From Macrostomum hystrix (taxonomy: Eukaryota; Animalia; Platyhelminthes): DNA of 64,000 nt. The notes beneath the pieces were generated by a model. That model worked only from the letters and a program-made list of their open reading frames with translations, was not told where the DNA came from and did not search any database. The DNA lies in assembly GCA_950097015.1 (NCBI GenBank), contig CATNEN010000038.1, forward strand, positions 25,730,001 to 25,794,000, read 5' to 3'. Both the position numbers and the translations under genes were made by a program. Numbering within the stretch: the first letter of the stretch is position 1; every line of letters begins with the position of its first letter. Positions 1-29,500 of this stretch are shown piece by piece.

Positions 1-318
1 GTCTTTCGATGTCTGTCAACCCGTTAGAAAAATGTTTACTCAGTCTTTTTACGGATTATCATTCTGTCTTGTGACTTCAGCTTGTCAATATGCATTACAG
101 TGCGCATGTTTCTTCAGGCCGGCGTGTCAGCCAGTTTCTAGCCAGTCTGATCCTACTCTTGTCCGAAGCCAAGAACTAAGAAACCAAACTGCCTATCCCC
201 TACTAGAATTATTCTCAACGATTGGCAGCATGCGGGGCCAAGAATACAGCAGGCCACTGTGCCAGTCCAGTTAGTTACTCAGTTAGTTACAAGAGAGTCC
301 ACTGCAACAATTCTCTGA

Positions 319-394
319 CCAATGAGCGTTCAGTGCGTTTCGATCGGCACGCCAACCCCAATTCCGCGCCAGGCCAAACTGCCAGGATAAAGGC
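319..394 (+). promoter_or_regulatory. Candidate core promoter of the calmodulin-like gene (CCAAT box and TATA-like GATAAA)
   Basis: gaCCAATgag at 319-323 and ggATAAAgg at about 385-393, at plausible spacing upstream of the ATG at 465. Motif match only. Confidence 0.3.
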
Positions 395-464
395 TAAGCT
401 AGCTGAGGAGTAGCCCGCTTTGCTTCATTCTTTCTCTCTTCTTCTACTTCTAAAAGCAGCAGGC

Positions 465-926
465 ATGTCTGAGAGTGAGCAGGCCCTCAAGGTTGTGTTT
501 GACAAGGCGGATACCAACGGCAATGGTTCCATCGAGGTCAAGGAGCTGGTGTCGCTGATCCGGGCCGCCGGACAGACCATCACCCGACTGGAAGCCGAAG
601 CTCTGGTGAAGCAATTCGACAAGGACGAGAATGGCACCCTGGAGTTCGGCGAGTTTGTCAACATGATGAACGCCTACTTGGCCAAGGGCGGTCACCAGCC
701 GCAGACGGAGAAGGAGAAAATTTTCGCCCTGCTGGATCACAACAAGGACGGCGTCATCTCCCTGTCCGAACTGAAGTCCGTCATGAACGACATCCTGAAG
801 GAGAACCTGACAGATGAGCAGCTGCAGGAACTGCTGGACAAGGCCGACGCGGACAAGGATGGCGTCATCAGCTTCGAGGAGTTCAATAAGATGGCAGCCG
901 AGCTGAAAATCTTCCACGCCACTTAG
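465..926 (+). CDS. Calmodulin-like protein with 4 EF-hands (153 aa, intronless)
   Basis: ATG at 465 (aggcATGtct). Four canonical EF loops: DTNGNGSIEVKE, DKDENGTLEFGE, DHNKDGVISLSE, DADKDGVISFEE. GC-rich codon usage against AT-rich flanks. Too divergent to be calmodulin itself. Confidence 0.92.
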   Translation: MSESEQALKVVFDKADTNGNGSIEVKELVSLIRAAGQTITRLEAEALVKQFDKDENGTLEFGEFVNMMNAYLAKGGHQPQTEKEKIFALLDHNKDGVISLSELKSVMNDILKENLTDEQLQELLDKADADKDGVISFEEFNKMAAELKIFHAT

Positions 927-2025
927 ATTCAAAATATGAAAACTCAAGAAATGCATTGAATCAACAGACTAATGCTATTGTTATAATATTATAACTATGT
1001 TATTAATAATATTATGGCCATAATGGCGGCATATTATTTATTTGTTATCCGTTTCCTCTGCAAAAATAGTTAACGTGATAATTTTAACGTTAATTCTGAG
1101 CTAGTTTTAAAGTTAGTTATCAAATATCACAGTTGGTTGTTCGACGCATTATTATCTATAGCTCCTGCCTCTTATAATTAATAATCTTATAATAGCCATA
1201 TTTTAAATACCTACGCATCATTATAAACATCCCCGAAAACAAAGCTAGCGTGTTCTCTATTTGAAATAGACTCAAATGTGTCCAAACATTTTTTACACTT
1301 ACAATCGAAAAGCAAATGCGAGAAAATATTGAGAATATACATTATACACAAATATACACACATGGCAAAATATATCTAAAGGTGTTGGAACCCTTCTATA
1401 TGTTGGTAGAAAAAGTAGATAAATCCAGTGACTAGTTTCACTTTTTTCAAATTCAAGCTTTATTGAATTTCCACTGTTCCTTCTCGCCTGCCGAGGCGAG
1501 GTGCAATAAAATTGTGAAAGCACCAAGTTACGGCTGCTCAGTAAATAAATTGCTTCCTAGCAAACCCACCCCACTCCGCATGTTCTGGTTGCTGACGAAA
1601 GCTGAAATAATTTTCTTTACTAGCTTTCTCATAAAACCCACCCACGTTGTATGAAACGCTATGCTCTGAGTTCCTAAAAAACGGAAGAGTAGAAGCAGCA
1701 GCAGCAGCAGCAGCAGCTGTCTGGGCAAGCCATGCAGCTCAGAAAAGTAATGCCATTGTCCTAGCCCACCTTAAAGTGGCTTGGGAAGAATGTACAGAAG
1801 CCTTCTAGCTTGGGAAATAATTGTAATAATTCACAGCTGTCAATTTATATAAGTAGTGCTCGTTTAATTAAATGCCAGAAAACGCAGGGTAGATGCAGTT
1901 GACACGGGTGCGAAATATCCAATTAGACAGAATTTTTCTCTTTGCGTTTCCTTACGCTTTTTAGTGTTTAAATCATTAGCAATGCAAAATAAATATTTGC
2001 CTACACAAATGGAAGCGCTGATTTT

Positions 2026-3735
2026 CGGGTGTCTGTTATTAGGTGTCTGTTTCTGGGTGTCTGTTTCTGGGTGTCTGTTTCTGGGTGTATGTGTCTGGGT
2101 GTCTGTTTCTGGGTGTCTGTGTCTGGGTGTCTGTTTCTGGGTGTCTGTTTCTGGGTGTCTGTTTCTGTGTGTCTGTGTCTGGGTGTCTGTGTCTGGGTGT
2201 CTGTTTCTGTGTGTCTGTGTCTGGGTGTCTGTTTCTGGGTGTCTGTTTCTGGGTGTCTGTTTCTGGGTGTTTGTGTCTGGGTGTCTGTTTCTGGGTGTCT
2301 GTTTCTGGGTGTCTGTTTCTGTGTGTCTGTGTCTGGGTGTCTGTGTCTGTGTGTCTGTTTCTGTGTGTCTGTGTCTGGGTGTCGGTTTCTGGGTGTCTGT
2401 GTCTGGGTGTCTGTGTCTGGGTGTCTGTTTCTGGGTGTCTGTGTCTGGGTGTCTGTATTAAAGTGTCTGTTTTCGTGCGTCTGTTTTCGTGCGTCTGTTT
2501 CTGGGTGTCTGTTTCTGGGTGTCTGTTTCTGGGTGTCTGTGTCTGGGTGTCTGTGTCTGGGTGTCTGTTTCTGGGTGTCTGTGTCTGGGTGTCTGTGTCT
2601 GGGTGTCTGTTTCTGGGTGTCTGTGTCTGGGTGTCTGTGTCTGGGTGTCTGTGTCTGGGTGTCTGTTTCTTTGTGTCTGTTTCTGGGTGTCTGTGTCTGG
2701 GTGTCTGTGTCTGGGTGTCTGTTTCTGGGTGTCTGTGTCTGGGTGTCTGTTTCTGGGTGTCTGTGTCTGGGTGTCTGTTTCTGGGTGTCTGTTTCTGGGT
2801 GTCTGTTTCTGGGTGTCTGTGTCTGGGTGTCTGTGTCTGGGTGTCTGTATTAAAGTGTCTGTTTTCGTGCGTCTGTTTCTGGGTGTCTGTTTCTGGGTGT
2901 CTGTGTCTGTGTGTCTGTTTCTGGGTGTCTGTGTCTGGGTGTCTGTTTCTGGGTGTCTGTATTAAAGTGTCTGTTTTCGTGCGTCTGTTTCTGGGTGTCT
3001 GTTTTCGTGTGTCTATTTATGGATGTCTGTTTATGGATGTCTGTTTCTGGATGTCTGTGTCTGTGTGTTTGTTTCTGGGTGTCTGTTTATGGATGTCTGT
3101 TTATGGATGTCAGTTTATGGATGTCAGTTTATGGATGTCAGTTTATGGATGTCTGTTTATGAATGTATATTTAAGGATGTCTGTTTATGAATGTCTGTTT
3201 ATGGATGTCAGTTTATGGATGTCAGTGTATGGATGTCAGTTTATGGATGTCTGTTTATGAATGTATATTTAAGGATGTCTGTTTATGAATGTCTGTTTAT
3301 GGATGTCTGTTTATGGATGTCAGTTTATGGATGTCAGTTTATGGATGTCTGTTTATGGATGTCAGTTTATGGATGTCAGTTTATGGATGTATATTTAAGG
3401 ATGTCTGTTTATGAATGTCTGTGTCTGGGTGTCTGTTTCTGGGTGTCTGTTTCTGGGTGTCTGTATTAAAGTGTCTGTTTTCGTGTATCTGTTTCTGGGT
3501 GTCTGTTTATGGATGTCTGTGTCTGTGTATCTGTTTATGGGTGTCTGTTTATGGATGTCTGTTTATGGATGTCTGTTTATGGATGTCTGTTTATGGATGT
3601 CAGTTTATGGATGTCTGTTTATGAATGTCTGTTTATGGATGTCTGTTTATGGATGTCTGTTTATGGATGTCTGTTTCTGGGTGTCTGTTTCTGGGTGTCT
3701 GTGTCTGGGTGTCTGTTTCTGGGTGTCTGTTTCTG
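2026..3735. repeat. 14-bp minisatellite (GTGTCTGTTTCTGG) grading into a GATGTCTGTTTATG variant
   Basis: Direct tandem periodicity; the unit sequence changes at about 3010. Confidence 0.97.
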
Positions 3736-4422
3736 ATCGTCTGCTTTAAAGTGCTTTTCGTATGCTTTTTGCTGAGTTTCTTTCTCTTGGTCTCTGCTTC
3801 CTATTTCTGCGTGTTTCATTATGTATGTCTGTTTCTGAGTATGTGCTTTTCCAGTGTCTGTTTTGGTTGTCTCTTCTGAAAGGAATTTAGAAATACTATA
3901 GACAGAAGCGATTCAGTTAAAGTGCAACAATCTGTGTGCGCATAAGCAAGCAGGCCACGCATGAAGCTGATACTAGTGAATCCCAAGCCATATTTGCATT
4001 AGAACCTTCACACGGGCGCTAGATTATTGATAAATTTGCTCAACACGGGGGCAATATCTGTGGGTGGCCTCGCAGCAATTCACTCGTAGAAGCAGATCTC
4101 GCAACAGAAGCACTGGCAGCTGTTAGCCGCATGCTTTTCACTCAAATATAATTTTACTGTTTGCTCAAATTGATTGCCACGGGGTGTGCTTTTGTGTAGA
4201 CGAAAAAGCCTAAAGCGAAGTAGTCTCTGAGCAATCGATTATATTTGATATTTGGTGATTAACAAGCAACTTGCGCGCGATGGGTGCAGATGTACATTAA
4301 TCGCTCGCAACTCCACGCACACTACGATATAACTCAGGGCCTACAGCTAACACAACTAAATGAACGCACGTCCACTGGGCGCCTACAGTAGGGTGCGAAG
4401 GAAGGGTAGTAAGGAGACATTG

Positions 4423-5080
4423 GCGGCCTGTTAGTTAACACGAAGAAGACCGTTGTGCTCTGCGTGCCGGGCGACATCGAGGCCGCAATTTTCTGCCGAG
4501 GGGCTGACGGGCAGGTAACGGAGCTTCCGCGCTGTCAGCAATTCGTCTACCTAGGCGGTCTGGTACCAGACGTCCATGAAGATCTGCGGCGTCGCAGTGA
4601 GGGCGGTCCTGCAGTCCGAGGCCTCACCTGATCGCCAGAGGGCGGCGCTGTTTCAGGCGGTGGTCGAGACCGTCCTGTTGTACAACGCCGAGACCTGGAC
4701 GCTGACGGATTCGCTCGAACAGCAAGTCAACGCGGCGCACGCTGGCCTGCTGACGCCGCCTTTAAGATCAGCGACGAGCGGATCACTAACGCGGCACACG
4801 TGCTCTATCGCCGCGCCGGCCTGGCCCGTCCAAGTGAACTGCTGCGACTTCGGTGACTCGAGCTGGCAGGCCACATCATCCGCGCCGAGTCCAACTGCCC
4901 GCAGCCGGTGCAGGAGGTGCTAACGCTGCAGGCACCCTACCGGCGCGGCCAGGCCCGAAATCGGCGTTTCGTCGACTGCCGGCCGTGCGGCCTTTGTTCG
5001 CGCCCAGGCCCTGAAGCGTGCACGGTGACGCTGCTTTTTTCCACCTGACAGCGTATTTTGTTGTTGTTGTTGCTGATGAT
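4423..5080 (+). mobile_element. 5'-truncated, degraded non-LTR retrotransposon (RTE-like RT C-terminus) with microsatellite tail and 14-bp TSD
   Basis: Translates as GLLVNTKKTVVL...QQFVYLG...FQAVVETVLLYNAETWTL...AGHIIR across frameshifts, which are typical end-of-RT and thumb motifs. 3' tail (TTG)n..(ATG)n at 5058-5080. Flanked by GTAAGGAGACATTG (4409-4422) and GTAAGGAGATATTG (5081-5094). Confidence 0.85.
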
Positions 5081-8000
5081 GTAAGGAGATATTGAAGGGT
5101 AGTAGGGAGATATGGTAGGTTAGAGCGTAGGAGGGCGAGATATAGGGGTAGAATGTAGAGAAGGAAGGGTCTTAGTATAGAAGAAAGAGAAAGTGATAGC
5201 AATAATACTGATACACAAGAGAGATAAATTGAAGAGAGGAAAAAACAGGGATAGTAGAGAGACGGAAGGATTGTGCAATGTGAAATGAGAAAACATGCTC
5301 TCCAGTTTATTTAGCAAATATTAACAAACAGCAGCAGATCTAAAAGTCCAACCCGAAAACTCTGCCCTACAATTTAGTCGATCAATCTAGCAAAATACTT
5401 TTTGTTCTGTAAGCCCTCCTATTCGCTGTTTTGTTGGGCTTTTTATTAAATCGCTGCATTTTTTCATTCGTTCTAAAGTGTAATTGTATGTCTTAAAATA
5501 CCAAGACATCTCGGTATTTTCGATAAAAATTCTATTTTCTATAACAAATAGTTGCTTCTATTTATCAAATTGTTTAAGTTCCGTTTTCAAATGGATGAGT
5601 TTTTAGTTGATTTATACTTTTAGTCAGAGAAAAACTTCAGGATTTTTTTCTTAATATTACGAGATATTAAATTACTCTAAAAAACTTTCGTTAATTTTCT
5701 CAATTAAATCGTTGCTTTCATGATGAATTCGCCTAATTTATTAGCTTAAAAGGAAAGTTCAGCAGAGTACAAAGCGTACTTGATCCCTAGTGCGAAAGAA
5801 CCTTAATTGAGAAGTACTCAGACTTGCTTCTTCAGTTCTCCCTTACTGCTTTTGTTGCCATGCTGTTAAGATTGAATTATTAGACGCCATAAAACGACTG
5901 GTGCCTATAGAATCTACAGATCAATCAATTACCACAATAAAATGGCACATAGGTACTGATCAATTGTCTGAAGTAGTGGAAACACTTGAGAATCAATTTC
6001 TGGAAGCTGCATGAGAGAGTACTGCATCGACAAGGAAGTGATGTGCGACATTGTATAGAAAAAGTTTACTGTGTTAGTTCAGTCTGGTCTCACTTTGAAT
6101 GGAATAGCTCGTATATTCTAAAGGAAAAAGCAAAGAGAATAAGTAGTGTATTTTCTCTACGTTTCTGTTTTTTAATCTTAATCTCACAAAAAACAACTTC
6201 TCTACAAAATACCATTTTTATAGTATCCGAATTCGATAATTCCGAATTATAATAATATAAATTAAATAAATCAACCTAATAAATATATTTTAACTTGTTT
6301 AGTCCCGCCATCCATCCAAAGTGGTTCGTTGTCTTTCTATAAAAAAGCTTTTAAAATACTACAAGAAAGTTTAAAATTAAAATGTGCTTTTTCAATCTGT
6401 GTTCTTTTCGTTAAAAGCGACTATTTCTTGATTGTTTGAAAACAAAAGTCTTTTCTATTAACAAATAAGTACTACGCCACAATTTCAAACCGAAACCGAT
6501 TTTTTAGACTTTTTAGACTTAGCAACTTTATTCTTTATAATAGAACAAGCTTTTGTTTTATTATATCAAGACCAAAATTTTGAAAGCAGTCTCACTTTTG
6601 AAATCAAAACCTGCATATTGTTAATGACTCAAGACTCCTTCATTCAATCATTATCACTAACAGTCGAGATATTAGAGTCAGAGCGAATCTTAAAGCTGTA
6701 AAATTAAATTAGAGATTATCCGATGCGGAAATGTGTACAAAAATGAGTCACAAAACGCTATATACGAAACACTGCGCGAATGTCAGAAAAAATCAATAGT
6801 GAGAACTTTTAGGACTTGAATTTTTGGCGAATAAAAAAACTAAAACCAAGTCTATAAATAGCTGTAAAGGCAAGCCATTTTGCAAAACAAAGAGTTATAA
6901 TAAAACAATAAATAAATAACTATTACAGACTAAGCTAGAATAGAATGACTTTTTGGAAGCCAAGCTGTAGTTGTTGTTTTCATTTGAACTTTTAGTTAAA
7001 AATACGTCTAAATGATAGCAAATAAACAAATAAACTTGTTTAATAATTTGGTGCGATTAAAAATGGTACACGATCTGATTGAAAATAAACACATGGCATA
7101 CGATAAAACTCAGCTAGTAAAATAAAAAATATAGTATCAGCGAAAACAACAGTTGCGAAAAATTCCGATATATTGACAAATTCAGTTCCGGTTAGAACAG
7201 AGAAACGAAAAGCCGTTAAACTTCTGCACTTTAACAAACTGGTGCATAGCAAATTTAACGTGCGTGAAACAAAATACTGCGCAACTATAGAAAAGCAAAG
7301 TCACAGATATTAAGCTTCTAAATTTTCCTAGGCGCTGGGTTCACTCAAAGAGCAGAAATAATTTAGGAATAACATTTTGAAATGAAATGGCTGCTAAAAC
7401 ACCAAATAAATTGATCGAGACACCGATGAGTGAGGATTTGACTGCCGCTTATCAGTGACTATAACAAAGAAACATACTTTTTGATGAATTCTGGAATCGT
7501 TATGAATTTGGTTCATTACTTAAAAAACTTTTTTGTAATGAGCGAATTCTTTTTAACCAATAAATTTAAATGTTAAATGATATTAAAATTATAATTTAAC
7601 TTCTGCTCAAACTGAAAAGGGCACTTTTAGGTGTCCTAAAAGTTTTAAGGTGTCCTTTTTTAAAGAAAACTAAACGAAATTTTTTTTGACTGTCGTGTTA
7701 TTGAAGCAAAAAAGAGGCATAATTGCTGAGGAAATTTATAAAAACTCTGTTTAATTAGCTAATATTACTAACGGGCTCTGCGGGATTTTTCCAACGAATA
7801 CCATTCATTGGTTGAAACGGTTAACTATTGGTTCCGACTCTCGCAAACCCTGAACTCAAGTCCGCGGTGAGGTCATTTGAAGGGCATTTGTCAGGCAAGA
7901 CACCAAGGTCATTTGTCTCCAAGACACAGCGAGAGTGTACAGTACCCGACGATGAGAATGCCAGGTCAGAAGTACACTAAGAAGTCAGCGGAATGGGTAG

Positions 8001-8195
8001 AATTGGCTGCGGGTCTATCGTCACAAAATAATACCGAGCTTGTCAAATAGTCATTGTGCTTGCTTTTCGAAAATATTTTTTTAGATTTTTATGAAATTCC
8101 AAATCAACGATCTAATTTTAGTACACACGAAAATAAAACTCAGGATGTCGCAGCGATTTGAAGAAAATCTAAAAATAGCCCAGATTAGCACAGAG

Positions 8196-25260
<17,065 letters not shown>

Positions 25261-25989
25261 TATTGGCTATTCAGCTTTTCAAGAATTCCTCGAGCCGAGG
25301 AATCAGATTTAGCTTTAGATGTCAGTGTGATGAAAATTCTTCTCTGTTAAGTAAATATTGTTTTTTCTTGTAGCTAAGGTGGCACTCTGCGTTAGCTGAA
25401 GGAAAACAACAGAACTTTTCGTTGTGCTTTAGGTTTAAAAAAAATTAACCAACATATTATATGAATAAAATGTATCTTACACACACAAACTAAAATAATT
25501 AACGGTCTGAAAAAAATAGTAATAGTCGTAATTTTTAGTAATAGTAATCAACACTTCAAAAATAGTATTTTTATAGGTTGATATAATAATCATACGCATA
25601 AAACATACTTGAGTGGTATACTAGATACAGACGTACATACGAACATAACTAGTTCTTCGTTTTCTTGGATTATAAAACGCTTAAAATGTCCACGCATGCC
25701 GTTACTAACATTATTATAAACTTTCATGCAAATAAGGAAACCGATTAAAACCAAAAAACAAATATTAAAATTTAGGTGTGTCTGAGAAACACAAAAACTT
25801 ATGAATTTTTTAGTCTTTAAAATAGCGCAACTTTTTTGTTTGACTACGTTAGCACGATAACTGTCAAGTTTTTTTTGTTATCGTGACTGATTTAACCATG
25901 AAATAATCCGATATACTAAAACTCATTACTTTATTCTAAATTTCACACATAAAGTTCCATGGGTCCGGCTGCTCATTTTTTCTTTCTTG

Positions 25990-26058
25990 TACATTGGCCC
26001 TCAAATTTTTATTCTTTTTTTGAATAGCGTAGATATATTATGTGATGCATGACGTCAT
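25990..26058 (-). promoter_or_regulatory. Candidate CCAAT box and CRE (ATGACGTCAT) upstream of the FRMD-like gene
   Basis: ATTGG at about 25993-25997 and the palindrome ATGACGTCAT at 26049-26058, about 0.75 kb upstream of the start codon. Motif match only. Confidence 0.25.
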
Positions 26059-26571
26059 ATTCGCGGTTTCTGCATTTGTGCCCTCATTTTCGGTTTTTGC
26101 CTCGTTCTTTCCACCCATATATTTTATGTATTGATACATTATGTATTTAAGCTTGAATACTTAGTAACATAGCTTTCCTTGTTAACTAAGTGCGTGAATA
26201 TTCATAGCTTAAATATAGTTCTGGAGATCATGTATTCGCAGATGATACTAGTAAATATAGCAGAGGTTAATTAACTTTTTAGAATGGCAAAGTTATGTTG
26301 TAGTTAAAAGAAAATCTAGTTAAAAACAAATGAATTTCGCTACAATATCAAAGCCAAACGATTTAGTTTTTTATTTAGTGTATTTCGTGCACAGAGAAAT
26401 CTATTTAACATAGGACATTTATGGTTGAATATAAAAAACCAACACTGAAAAAGCAAATATGAACAACGACGCCGCTTTATTTTCAATTCCAGCGAACTAA
26501 AAAATTACGAAAGTTTACATTCGTCTCCAACCAGAATATTGATTAAAAGTGCAGCATTTTAAGCACAGAAC

Positions 26572-29500
26572 TTAAACTTCTCCATGAATCCAGGAATCGT
26601 CACCAACAGTTGCCTTGGCAACCGCTCTCGGCGCAGCAGGGCAGCTGTCAGCAGCCTCTTGGAATCTGGATCCAGCAGATCTTGACGCTGTGAATATAGA
26701 ATCCCGATTTGCAAACCAGCGAGACACGCTGCAATGGGCACTGTCGTGAAAACGCACCCGGCGGCAATAGAACGACGAAGTTAATTGCGACGACCCGGCG
26801 CTAGTTACCGACGAGGCCCTGGGATCGCCGAGTCCGCATCGCTGCAGCAGCTGGCACAGGCGCCAGGCCTTCAGTCTGTTACGCTTTCTTGGGACACCGG
26901 TTTTGATGTCCAACTCAGCGCTGGAACTGTCTTCATCATCACCGTTGCTGCTGCTGCTGCTGCTTCTGCTTCTGTTTATCTGATAATCAGCTTTTACGGC
27001 TTGTGTTTCGCCACAATGGGATTGCCCAGTTTGAAGCCTAATTTGGTCAGCAGTCTTGTTTGATGTGGCTGACTTGCCTGAAGTTGTAAATAATTTGTTC
27101 GCCCCTGTTTGGCTGCGAAAATTGTTTTTGATCTTCGTTGGATAGCGGCGACAAATGCTGATGTATTCTCGCTGCGTTGCTGTTCTCTGAAAAAAGTTCA
27201 GTTTCCAAATATTCATTTGGAAGAAGTTTCTGCGCAATTTAGATAGTTTGAGTTACCAGATTGATAAATGGTTGGTGCAGTGAGTTACCAGATTAATAAA
27301 TGTTTGATGTAGTGAGTCACCAGATTGATAAATGGTTGATGCAGTGACTTACCAAATTGATAAATGGTTGATGCAGTGAGTCACCAGATTGATAAATGGT
27401 TGATGCAGTGACTTACCAAATTGATAAATGGTTGATGCAGTGAGTCACCAGATTGATAAATGGTTGATGCAGTGAGTTACCAGATTGATAAATGGTTGAT
27501 GCAGTGAGTTACCAGATTGATAAATGGTTGGTGCAGTGAGTTTTCAGATTGATAAATGGTTGATGCAGTGAGTTACTAGATTGATAAACGATTGATGCAG
27601 TGAGTTACCAGATTGATAAACGATTGATGCAGTGAGTTATCAGATTGATAAACGATTGATGCAGTGAGTTATCAGATTGATAAACGGTTGATGCAGTGAG
27701 TTATCAGATTGATAAACGATTGATGCAGTGAGTTACCAGATTGATAAACGGTTGATGCAGTGAGTTACCAGATTGATAAACGGTTGATGCAGTGAGTTAC
27801 CAGATCGATGGTTGATGCAGTGAGTTACCAGATTGATAAATGGTTGGTGCAGTGAGTTACCAGATTGATAAATTGTTGATGCAGTGAGTTACCAGATTGA
27901 TAAATGGTTGGTGCAGTGAGTTACCAGATTGATAAATGGTTGGTGCAGTGAGTTACCAGATTGATAAATGGTTGGTGCAGTGAGTTACCAGATTGATAAA
28001 TGGTTGATGCAGTGAGTTACCAGATTGATAAATGGTTGATGCAGTGAGTTAACAGATTGATAAATGGTTGGTGCAGTGAGTTACCAGATTGATAAATGGT
28101 TGATGCAGTGAGTTACCAGATTGATAAATGGTTGATGCAGGGAGTTACCAGATTGATTAATGTTTGATGCAGTGATTTACCAGATTGATAAATGGTTGAT
28201 GCAGTGAGTTACCAGATTGATAAATGGTTGATGCAGTGAGTTACCAGATTGATAAATGGTTGATGCAGTGAGTTACCAGATTGATAAATGGTTGGTGCAG
28301 TGAGTTACCAGATTGATAAATGGTTGGTGCAGTGAGTTACCAGATTGATAAATGGTTTATGCAGTGAGTTACCAGATTGATAAATGGTTGATGCAGTGAG
28401 TTAACAGATTGATAAATGGTTGGTGCAGTGAGTTACCAGATTGATAAATGGTTGATGCAGTGAGTTACCAGATTGATAAATGGTTGATGCAGGGAGTTAC
28501 CAGATTGATAAATGGTTGATGCAGTGAGTTACCAGATTGATAAATGGTTGATGCAGGGAGTTACCAGATTGATAAATGGTTGGTGCAGTGAGTTAACAGA
28601 TTGATAAATGGTTGGTGCAGTGAGTTACCAGATTGATAAATGGTTGATGCAGTGAGTTACCAGATTGATAAATGGTTGGTGCAGTGAGTTAACAGATTGA
28701 TAAATGGTTGGTGCAGTGAGTTACCAGATTGATAAATGGTTGATGCAGTGAGTTACCAGATTGATAAATGGTTGATGCAGTGAGTTACCAGATTGATAAA
28801 TGGTTGATGCAGTGAATTATCAGATTGATAAATGGTTGATGCAGTGAGTTACCAGATTGATAAATGGTTGGTGCAGTGAGTTACCAGATTGATAAATGGT
28901 TGATGCAGTGAGTTTTCAGATTGATAAATGGTTGATGCAGTGAGTTACTAGATTGATAAATGGTTTATGCAGTGAGTTACTAGATTGATAAATGGTTGGT
29001 GCAGTGAGTTTTCAGATTGATAAATGGTTGATGCAGTGAGTTACTAGATTGATAAACGATTGATGCAGTGAGTTACCAGATTGATAAACGGTTGATGCAG
29101 TGAGTTATCAGATTGATAAACGATTGATGCAGTGAGTTACCAGATTGATAAACGGTTGATGCAGTGAGTTACCAGATTGATAAACGGTTGATGCAGTGAG
29201 TTACCAGATTGATGGTTGATGCAGTGAGTTACCAGATTGATAAATGGTTGGTGCAGTGAGTTACCAGATTGATAAATGGTTGATGCAGTGAGTTACCAGA
29301 TTGATAAATGTTTGATGCAGTGAGTTACCAGATTGATAAATGGTTTATGCAGTGAGTTACCAGATTGATAAATGGTTGATGCAGTGAGTTAACAGATTGA
29401 TTAATGTTTGATGCAGTGAGTTACCAGATTGATAAATGGTTGATGTAGTGAGTTACCAGATTGATAAATGGTTGATGCAGTGAGTTACCAGATTGATAAA

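Noticed and set aside
450-956. Antisense ORFs over the calmodulin-like gene, and similar ones over FRMD and OATP exons
   Set aside because: Shadow frames from GC-rich codon usage; no motifs.
1459-1510. Short palindrome CTCGCCT-gccg-AGGCGAG with TTTATTG/CAATAAA flanks, reminiscent of the Crypton hairpin tip
   Set aside because: Only 7-bp arms with asymmetric spacing; cannot be distinguished from chance.
1964-3879. Cys/Val-rich overlapping ORFs
   Set aside because: Products of the 14-bp minisatellite in all frames.
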